Part shown: one piece after another, positions 56,402 through 64,000 of the stretch
How the letters are laid out: every line of letters starts with the position of its first letter
How positions within the stretch are numbered: the stretch's first letter is position 1
Origin: Candidatus Bathyarchaeia archaeon
Lineage (GTDB): Archaea; Thermoproteota; Bathyarchaeia; Bathyarchaeales; Bathycorpusculaceae
Direction: 5' to 3'
Assembly (NCBI GenBank): GCA_038882975.1
Contig: JAVZNE010000001.1
Coordinates: 96,001-160,000 of the forward strand
Length of the DNA stretch: 64,000 nt
The notes under the pieces: model-generated
The model's database searches: none
What the model was told of the DNA's origin: nothing
Seen by the model: only the letters and a program-made list of their open reading frames with translations
Program-made: the position numbers and the translations under genes

Positions 56402-56896
56402 TTATTCAGATAGAAACTTGCTGTAAATGATAAGGTCCAAGCCGTGGAAGTGTTTTCTTAGAAAACCTTCGGGAACAAAACCCTTTTTAATGTAAAGTCT
56501 TATGGCTGGCAAAAGCCTCGTAGAAGTGTAAAGCCAAACCTTTTGAGCACCCCTAATTCTCGCCTCTTCAATAAACCTTTCAAGCAAGCTTTCTCCAACC
56601 TTTCTACCTCTATATTCCTTTCTCACACCCAAAAAGCCTAGAAGAGCTACGCCAGTGTGAACCCTCCCTTGCGCAATCCCTACGACCTCCCCATTTTCAT
56701 ATGCAACCAAAAAGATCATGCTTTTATCTTCCATCTGCTGCCTTAGCCTTTCCCTTGCCTCTGGTTTTAACAGCTCTTCTAGTTCGGAGTTCACAGCTAA
56801 GCTCGGCAGGTATTCATTCAGGCTTTTCCATACATCAATAAGACACCCCATTAACTTGTCAACGTCCTTGGTTGAGGCAGGCAAGACTTTAAGCAT
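56402..56896 (-). CDS. GNAT acetyltransferase
   Basis: FLVAYENGEVVG, LGVRKEYRGRKVG and AIRLYIKKGF motifs. Confidence 0.9.
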   Translation of the reverse strand: MLKVLPASTKDVDKLMGCLIDVWKSLNEYLPSLAVNSELEELLKPEARERLRQQMEDKSMIFLVAYENGEVVGIAQGRVHTGVALLGFLGVRKEYRGRKVGESLLERFIEEARIRGAQKVWLYTSTRLLPAIRLYIKKGFVPEGFLRKHFHGLDLIIYSKFLSE

Positions 56897-57012
56897 AATC
56901 TCACCTCAACACTCTAATGTTTAACATAAGATATTAATTTTAAACCACAAGGCTAAAGCGTGCAAATCTTTTATAGCTCTCAAGTCATATCCAAATTAAA
57001 AGGTGAAGTTGA

Positions 57013-57768
57013 GTGTTTAAGCTCAAGGTTTCAGACGCCAAGCTTCTAAGGGACATGGCAACAGCCATATCCATCCTCGTCGACGAAGCAACATTCCAAA
57101 TAACGCCGGAAGCCTTAAAGCTTAGGGCAATGGACCCATCCCGCGTCGCCATGGTAGACTTCGAGTGGCCAAAAACAGTTTTCGAAGAGTACGTCTGCAC
57201 AGAACCAACCAAGATGTGCATAAACATAGGCGAGCTGTTAAAACTTCTGAAAAGAGCGGGGAAGGACGAGGTTATTGAGCTAGCCCTTGATGAAAAAACG
57301 GGACGCTTGCAGGTAAAAATAACTGGGAAATATACGCGGAACTTTACAATGCCAACCCTTGAAGCATCAGAAGAAGAGGTACCGACACCAAAAATAACAT
57401 TTAATGTCAGAGCAAAGGCAACAACAGATGGCTTACGTCAAGCAGTGGAAGACGCCGAACTTGTAAGTGACCACGTCCGCATAGAGGCGGATAGCGAAAA
57501 ACTGGTTTTCCAAGCCGCAGGCGACCTCATGGGCGCCACAATAGAGCTGAGAAAAGGAAGCGACGCTCTACTAGACTTGGAAGCAAAAGAACCATCAAAG
57601 GCTACATTCAGCCTAAGCTACCTCTCAGAAATAATTAAGGCGGCGTCAGCCACATCAGACATAGCAACCCTAGAATTCTCAACAGACATGCCAATAAAAA
57701 TAGACTTTCAACAGGCAAAAGAGGGAAAACTAACCTTCTACCTGGCGCCAAGAATAGAAACAGCCTAA
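57013..57768 (+). CDS. pcn: Proliferating cell nuclear antigen (sliding clamp)
   Basis: LVDEATF, AMDPSRVAMV, FSLSYL and FYLAPR motifs. Confidence 0.96.
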   Translation: MFKLKVSDAKLLRDMATAISILVDEATFQITPEALKLRAMDPSRVAMVDFEWPKTVFEEYVCTEPTKMCINIGELLKLLKRAGKDEVIELALDEKTGRLQVKITGKYTRNFTMPTLEASEEEVPTPKITFNVRAKATTDGLRQAVEDAELVSDHVRIEADSEKLVFQAAGDLMGATIELRKGSDALLDLEAKEPSKATFSLSYLSEIIKAASATSDIATLEFSTDMPIKIDFQQAKEGKLTFYLAPRIETA

Positions 57769-57778
57769 CAGTGGAAAA

Positions 57779-58807
57779 ATGCAACTCGCAACGGTCAAGT
57801 TCACAAAGAATGACTTGGCTAAATATCCATTCCTAAAAGAGGCAGTGGAATACGTAAAAACCCTAGACCTAAAAATTGAAGATTTGGCTAGCCCAGAATT
57901 CACCCAAATTCTAGAACGCGCAAAAGAAAGAGTTGAAGAAGCAATCTTATATACCATAGTAACTAGGAAAACCAAAAACGAGGAAGTGGAAATCCTATCG
58001 TTCCCAACAGCAATAATGCTCGCAGCAGCCACCCAAAACCCATTCACAAAAAGAAGATACGCCCTAGCAGAAGCAAAACAAGCCTATAACAACATGAAAA
58101 ATGAACCTCCAGAAAAAATTTTGACGATAGCAAATAACTTCCAATGGAAAATTGCAGTAAACACAGACATGGAAAAGCCATACCAGTTTAAGCTCCATTT
58201 CACCGACTACCTTAAAAACACAACAAATTTGCGAGAAAAGAAATGGAAACTGGTAAACCGCATACTAAAAAATGGAAACGTCTACCTAACATTAAACGAA
58301 ACCGCAAGACTCCTAAGCGAAGAGATCAGAAAGCATATAGAAAAACGCTTGGAAATAAAGGATTTACCGGAACTCCCACAAAAAATAACGGAGATAGTTG
58401 AAAAAATTAAGAGTTTGACACTTGAAAAGGTTAGCAAAGCAGAAATAGAGGGCATCCCAAAAACCTTAAAGAAGGAAGCTTTTCCACCGTGCATAAAAGC
58501 GCTTTATGATGCCGCCTCAAAAGGACGCCACATATCCCACATAGGCAGATTCACCCTAACATCCTTCCTCGTGAACACAGGAATACCCGCCGAAAACATA
58601 ATCGAACTCTTCAGAAACTCCTCAGACTTCAACGAACGCCTAACCAGATACCAAGTAGAACACATAGCCGGCGAAAGAGGCTCAAGAACCAGATACAAAC
58701 CACCAAAATGCGAAACCCTCAAAACACATGGACTATGCACGGAACCAGACGAAACATGCGGAAAAGTAAGCCACCCCCTAACATACTACAAAAGAAAGGA
58801 GCATTAA
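57779..58807 (+). CDS. priL: DNA primase large subunit
   Basis: AKYPFL, WKLVNR..NG.VYL, FPPCI, H.GRF, TRYQVEHI and PPKCETL...C...C...HPL.YY (Fe-S domain). Confidence 0.95.
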   Translation: MQLATVKFTKNDLAKYPFLKEAVEYVKTLDLKIEDLASPEFTQILERAKERVEEAILYTIVTRKTKNEEVEILSFPTAIMLAAATQNPFTKRRYALAEAKQAYNNMKNEPPEKILTIANNFQWKIAVNTDMEKPYQFKLHFTDYLKNTTNLREKKWKLVNRILKNGNVYLTLNETARLLSEEIRKHIEKRLEIKDLPELPQKITEIVEKIKSLTLEKVSKAEIEGIPKTLKKEAFPPCIKALYDAASKGRHISHIGRFTLTSFLVNTGIPAENIIELFRNSSDFNERLTRYQVEHIAGERGSRTRYKPPKCETLKTHGLCTEPDETCGKVSHPLTYYKRKEH

Positions 58808-58902
58808 TTTTGGTATCTTTCCCTTAACGCACGCTACAAAGCTTCTATAAGTCACCATCAACGATAAGACCCCGATAATTTTGATTTTTACCATAAAAAT
58901 CA

Positions 58903-60045
58903 TTAATTTACATAACTTCTCTTTACATTTTCCAGAACTTCTTTAAATATTTTTGCAGACGTATCCCAAGAAAATCTTGTCGCGTGCTCAAACGCATTCG
59001 CTGAAAGTTGTCTCCTCAATTCCGTATCTGCAATTATCCTTCGCATATTTTCCGCTAAAGCTCTTATATCACCAAATTTGTATTTTAATCCATTATACCC
59101 ATTTTTAACAACATCCTCTGGCACACCCTCGGTAGCAATTACTGGAGTGCCAAGCATATTTGCCTCAACAGACACTATGCTGAACCCTTCTACTGGAGAG
59201 GTCACAATTAATGCGATAGCACTCGATAGTAATTGCACCTTTTCTTCTTCACTTATGTCCAATCTTATAGAAACATGGTCTTGAAGCTTATAGTCTGCAA
59301 TTAATTTCTGTAGTTCTGCATAATATCTGTCCTCGCCTCTGCGACCAGCTATAATCAGAAAACAAGTTTCATCGTCATCCCTCAATTTTTTTAATGCCTC
59401 TATAGCGTGATGATAGGCCTTGTACTTTCTAATCTTTCCCAAAACCAGAAAGTATGGTTCTTTCCCTCTTGCAAATTCGCTTCGCACATTTTTTGAAGGT
59501 ACAGAAGTGACGGTGTTGGCCGCGGCTGGAACTATGTGGACTTTATATATCGGAAATCCAACTTCCAAAAACTCCTTCGCTCTTTCTCGCGAAGGAACAA
59601 TAATATTATGCTTTTTACGGGTTAGAGAAACATAGACTTTTTCTAGTAATAGGAGCGCTAGTGCTATTGGATAGGGAAACTGGTTAAAATAAATTAATTT
59701 TCCAAGTTGGTGCCACATTATAACAATAGGTTCTTTAACGTAAAGAAAGGCAAAGAATGGCCCAGCAGGTCCTTCCGCCTCCTCAATAACCACATCATAC
59801 CGCCCTATAAGTGACTTATAGTAGAACAAAAAATTTGAGAGTATTCTAAAGATTCCGCCACGTATTCTAATAATTTGTATGCCATGAAGTTTTTCATAAT
59901 TTTTACATCCTGAATATCTGCTACACAACATTGTCACTTTGTGTCCGCTTTGAGCTAGCCTTTTCGCTATTTCGAAATGATATACATCGCCACCTGCCCA
60001 CTTTGGGTGTGTAATATCTCTGCTTGTCATAAACAGTATTTTCAT
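58903..60045 (-). CDS. Glycosyltransferase family 4
   Basis: HPKWAGG, LGKIRKYK, EGFSIVSVEA and FSWD motifs. Confidence 0.9.
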   Translation of the reverse strand: MKILFMTSRDITHPKWAGGDVYHFEIAKRLAQSGHKVTMLCSRYSGCKNYEKLHGIQIIRIRGGIFRILSNFLFYYKSLIGRYDVVIEEAEGPAGPFFAFLYVKEPIVIMWHQLGKLIYFNQFPYPIALALLLLEKVYVSLTRKKHNIIVPSRERAKEFLEVGFPIYKVHIVPAAANTVTSVPSKNVRSEFARGKEPYFLVLGKIRKYKAYHHAIEALKKLRDDDETCFLIIAGRRGEDRYYAELQKLIADYKLQDHVSIRLDISEEEKVQLLSSAIALIVTSPVEGFSIVSVEANMLGTPVIATEGVPEDVVKNGYNGLKYKFGDIRALAENMRRIIADTELRRQLSANAFEHATRFSWDTSAKIFKEVLENVKRSYVN

Positions 60046-60334
60046 AGCTTCAAACCATTCACGACTAATGCTAATAATGTTTTAAATTTAAGTCTAACCT
60101 TTTTTCTTTCCCAAAAACCTCAACAATATCCCAAAAACACCACTATAAATCTCAATCTGTCGAAACAATCAATACACTAACCACAAACTAACGAAAATCA
60201 AAGTTTAAGAAGGCTTATGCAGTTAAAGCTTGCCTTGTGTCAAGAGCTAAAACCCATAACCTATTACTTTCAAGGATCTATGTTGATTTTTACGTTATTA
60301 TGCTATCTAAAACAAAAGCTAGCATTGGCCTATT

Positions 60335-62932
60335 TTATATCGGTATTTTCATTGCAGAATTACTGCATTTTGTGCATAAAGGGAAATTACTAAATTTTTG
60401 TAACCATAGTTTAATGGTTAATATAAGGATTATAAGTAGTAGCACCGAATAAAGTGCTCCAATTAAAGCGCTCATGATGTTTGACAAATAGGGGTCGCCA
60501 AAAGCAACCCTTTCCGCTCCACTTATAAATCGTAAATAATTCCTCCAGAACGCTACGTATATAAAGCCTGTGGCAATGCTTATAACTGCAAATGTCACTA
60601 AAAAATACTTTTCGTTTGAAAAAAGGTAAGCCATTAACAGAAGCCCAGCGATCCATATTACAAACTGATCAAATATTGTTGGAAAGGTCAATTGGAATAT
60701 GGCAACGGTACATAACATAAAAGTTCCAGTTATCATTTTTTCATGTAAACCTGCTAAATTCGCCTTGTTTACTCGATATAAGAAGATTGCAATTAAAATC
60801 AAAAAAGCAATTAATGTTCCACAAGGATAGAAAAATGGATGCAATTCATATCCCAATATTTCTAGCATAAACCTGAGAGTTAAGCCGTATCCCACAGAGG
60901 ATGGTATGATTGAACCGTATAAATAAAAGTTAAATTGTTTTCCATAAAAGGCTTCGCCGGGAATCCCTGATAAAAATCTTTCAAAGGACGTAATAAATAT
61001 TGGTGATTTCGGCTCAAAGACAAACGGCACTATCAAAATACAAAAGATACCCACAGCCAGCAGCAACGTTTTAAAAGCTGGAAAGAATCCATCACTTTTC
61101 TTTATTTTTGCCAAAAGAGGAACAAAGGTTGCGGCTCCCACAGGGTTGATTATTGCACAGAAACCTGAAAATATGCCTGCTTTAACTTTATCATACTTAA
61201 CAATCAAGTAATATGTGCTGAGAATAATTGTGAACACAAATATTGTGTCAAATTGACCTAGTATCGCAGAAATATAAATCGTTAATGGGTTAAGCATGTA
61301 TATGCTCAACAGTAAAGCTTGTTCTTTTGGCACATGTTTTTGCGATATTTTTTGTAAGTACAAGACTATTCCTAGATCGGCTAAGATGGATGGAATTTTA
61401 ACGAAAAATGATTCTAATGTATACGCGGAAGAAGCTAAGAATTGAAAATCTTGAAAGCCTGCTGCTCTTAAAAGGGCATATGGGAGGTAAGCGGCAATTT
61501 GTATGTAGACAAATCCAGGTAAACTGACCCATTGCGCTCCCAGTATGCCCGATCCATAATATAAAGCGCCTAATTGTGCAAATATTTGAAGATCGTATGG
61601 ATATGCGGTTATAGGTGCGAGAACCAGTCGGAAAGCTAAACCTGTAATCAAAATTCTAGTTATAGTCGTTTTATCGTTATTTAGTATGCCTTTTCTGTGC
61701 ATGAAAAATAAGGCTATAAGCAGGAATGTGGGAAGTATTCCAGCCATCATCAAAATGAATAATGTCGCTGCTAGAAGAACTTCTTCGCTTAAAGTGGGTA
61801 AAGTACATTCGTCGAATTGAATTTTAGAAAAAGTAAACTCAACTTTATGAAGTGTAACGCTTTTTATTTCGCTTCCATTAACAGGGACAAAAATTATTCC
61901 ATAATCCCCTTCTTCCATCAAGTAATGGAGCCCGTTTATCGGATCAAAATTTAAATCGAGAAACTTTAACTTCTTCCAGTCAATATATGTGCCTATTTGA
62001 TTTGAACGGCTTGTGTGGATGAAAAGGAAATCACTTCGTGAAGCAACCAATCCGTCTTTCTTTTTGTAAACTAAAAACACTGTGTATAATGCGTTTTTTG
62101 ACGCGTTAATTGAATATTTTACGTAGGCTCTTTGAAGATATGGATAGTTAACAATAGACCGTCTAAAATCGTCATTTTCCTTAATGACATAAGCTGCCGT
62201 CCCTTCCGAAAGGCAATAAGCTTTAACTTTCTGACTTAGATAATAAGGCAATTCTCTCATTACGCTTAACGAAGCTAGTCTAAACAAACAGCGACCTTCG
62301 ATTTCCGGTTTCAAAATGCCAAGAATTTTCACTTTAATTTCGATGGCGGAGAAGTTTTTATCAGCCAGTGCGCACTTTAAAAGCATCTCTTTTATATTAA
62401 GTGTTACTGAATGATTTATATGATCGTCAAAGCCCATGTCAACTTTGGATGAACAATTTACCCAAACATATTTATCATCAATCACAATATTGTGAGCTGG
62501 TTGCAATTCGTTTTCAAATATTGCATAGTTATTTAAAGTTCCTACCAATAGGTCGATTGATACGTCAGGGCTGCTGGAGATCAAGGCGTGGAGATAGGGA
62601 AATCTAGAAAAATTTAAGGAAAGTCCTTCTAAGGTAGCATTAAAGATATACCGCCTTGAATAATTAATAGGACAATCGATTAGCAGGGTTCCGTCAATGA
62701 TGTGACATTTTGCATCTTTCGGTTCAACATTCAATTGAGAGAGATTTATTGAAATAGCCTTGCTTAATGAAATTATGGTATTATTAACCATTAATGAGAA
62801 GATTCGTGTATCTTCGGCATCGATAAGTGTTGCAGTTTGATTTGCGAGTTTACCCTTACAGTATATTATGCAAACTCCATAAACTAATAAAGTAAGCAAC
62901 ATTGTCATGACACGTCGCTTCATAAACACCAC
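60335..62932 (-). CDS. Large membrane protein: extracellular domain + GT-C-type glycosyltransferase
   Basis: C-half RLVLAP...YPYD, KIPSILAD and NPLTIYISAILGQFD match the two GT-C genes at 28.2-30.9 kb. Confidence 0.72.
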   Translation of the reverse strand: MVFMKRRVMTMLLTLLVYGVCIIYCKGKLANQTATLIDAEDTRIFSLMVNNTIISLSKAISINLSQLNVEPKDAKCHIIDGTLLIDCPINYSRRYIFNATLEGLSLNFSRFPYLHALISSSPDVSIDLLVGTLNNYAIFENELQPAHNIVIDDKYVWVNCSSKVDMGFDDHINHSVTLNIKEMLLKCALADKNFSAIEIKVKILGILKPEIEGRCLFRLASLSVMRELPYYLSQKVKAYCLSEGTAAYVIKENDDFRRSIVNYPYLQRAYVKYSINASKNALYTVFLVYKKKDGLVASRSDFLFIHTSRSNQIGTYIDWKKLKFLDLNFDPINGLHYLMEEGDYGIIFVPVNGSEIKSVTLHKVEFTFSKIQFDECTLPTLSEEVLLAATLFILMMAGILPTFLLIALFFMHRKGILNNDKTTITRILITGLAFRLVLAPITAYPYDLQIFAQLGALYYGSGILGAQWVSLPGFVYIQIAAYLPYALLRAAGFQDFQFLASSAYTLESFFVKIPSILADLGIVLYLQKISQKHVPKEQALLLSIYMLNPLTIYISAILGQFDTIFVFTIILSTYYLIVKYDKVKAGIFSGFCAIINPVGAATFVPLLAKIKKSDGFFPAFKTLLLAVGIFCILIVPFVFEPKSPIFITSFERFLSGIPGEAFYGKQFNFYLYGSIIPSSVGYGLTLRFMLEILGYELHPFFYPCGTLIAFLILIAIFLYRVNKANLAGLHEKMITGTFMLCTVAIFQLTFPTIFDQFVIWIAGLLLMAYLFSNEKYFLVTFAVISIATGFIYVAFWRNYLRFISGAERVAFGDPYLSNIMSALIGALYSVLLLIILILTIKLWLQKFSNFPLCTKCSNSAMKIPI

Positions 62933-63943
62933 ATAGCATTTAACCTGTACCTTTCAAAAATGTAAAAATTTAAGCATTTCGTACAGTAGCAGCTTAACCT
63001 TCGGTGAAGATAAATGATTATACAACCTATACATAAACTGTTAGCTGTCACAATTATGCTGGTTAAAAAGTCTAGAGATTTAAAAATTCCAAGCAACACT
63101 GTAAGTTTATATAGTACAGCGACATGATAAACGTAGAAAAATAACGCGTGCCTTCCCATAAACTCGAAAATCTGGGGCCCTATCCACTTACCAAATTTTG
63201 CAACTACCAAGAAAATAAGTGAGACCATTGAAAGGCTTAACAGGACAAAGCTTGTAGCCCCCTCAAAATACGAGATTTTAGGCGAGATAGTCAAAGTAAA
63301 AAGTAAGGCTGATACAAAAGTTGAAAGGCTAAAGCTTAAAATGGTCTTAGAATCCCGAGCGAGAATTTTATTAGCGAGAAACATTCCCGCCGAAAAATAT
63401 GGAAGCATCAGCAAATCGTGAATCCATAGAAAAAGGGACGGATAATCATGCCAACACAATAATTTGATACGTATTCTCGAAGAAGGAAGGAAACACTCCA
63501 AACACCTATCATGAACCAAAAGGTGTGCCTATAAAAATCAAAAGTAAAGTTAAGGATATCATTGCATAGAGCCCGATAGCCCCGATAACCTCCCTAAATT
63601 CTAAAAATAAAGTTATGTCAGCTACCCATATACAGATTATTAAGCTAAGAAAAATATAGGCGCCATACCTTCTAAATCCATATATTCATATTTTAAGTTT
63701 TGAATAACTACGTTCGAGTCTCTTTTTAAATGATAAATATAAGCTGACTCCAGAAACGGTCATAAAAATAGGCAACCAGTTAAAAAAATCAAAACCAAAA
63801 CCAAATGCATACCAATCTCTATTACTTAAGCCGTAGAGAATGAAATCTTTGCTAAAGAAGTCCCATGTTTGAAACCAAATCATCCAAAGAACAGCAATAC
63901 CCAGTACAATGTCAATGTCTCTAACACGTTTAGAACTCTTAAT
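62920..63943 (-). pseudogene. Disrupted membrane acyltransferase (HGSNAT/DUF1624-like)
   Basis: KRVRDIDIVLGIAVLWM...PIFMTVSGVS, then in-frame TGA at 63686-63688 with the frame continuing (IYGFRRYG...), a frameshift near 63520 and probably another near 63410. C-terminus has MGRHALFFYVYH. Confidence 0.7.
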
Positions 63944-64000
63944 ATTCGTTCCTCCTAATATCCTTTCATTTTAATTTTGATGAGCTCGATAAGGCTTACA

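Noticed and set aside
60046-60334. Intergenic gap as a gene remnant or repeat
   Set aside because: Only short CCCAAAAAC repeats and broken frames are present, with nothing assignable.
1121-62607. Many 60-160 aa antisense or overlapping ORFs in the track
   Set aside because: They lie inside well-supported genes, lack motifs and look like reverse-frame artefacts.
63686-63688. In-frame TGA as selenocysteine or recoding
   Set aside because: It lies in a membrane acyltransferase with further frameshifts, no SECIS is evident, and TGA is used as a normal stop elsewhere in the window.

Overview
Gene-dense archaeal chromosomal segment, most likely TACK/Bathyarchaeia (inferred from ribosomal proteins L13e, L15e and L38e, PCNA-PriL-TFS, an S-layer-like protein and many TTG starts). 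It holds: a partial deoxyhypusine synthase; an F420/pterin cluster (cofE, cofD, an FbiB-C/FbiE-like nitroreductase, MTHFR-like and MBL-fold genes); a fused HEPN-MNT gene; a complete type IV pilus-like locus (peptidase, major pilin, five pilin-like accessory proteins, TadC-like platform, ATPase, large anchored beta-helix/Ig protein); a second cofE; an S-layer-like gene followed by glycosyltransferases; an AsnRS-like asparagine synthetase with a divergent Lrp/AsnC; the L15e-L13e-RNase P block followed by an unannotated box C/D sRNA; tRNA-Val(GAC) and tRNA-Ser(TGA); a SerK-like/cysteine-synthase fusion with tandem palindromic operators and a divergent regulator; MgtE/PhoU-TrkA_C genes; ahcY/mtaD; TFS, PCNA and PriL; and an AT-rich glycosylation region ending in an acyltransferase pseudogene. 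The best leads are the SerK-like/cysteine-synthase fusion module, the archaeal FbiE-like reductase head-to-head with cofD, a DPM2-like membrane protein, leaderless pilin-like genes, a C/D guide predicted to make 23S Gm2251, and a Zn-finger ORF with no canonical start. No CRISPR array, IS or integrase was seen. All family assignments come from motif recognition by eye; no searches were run.
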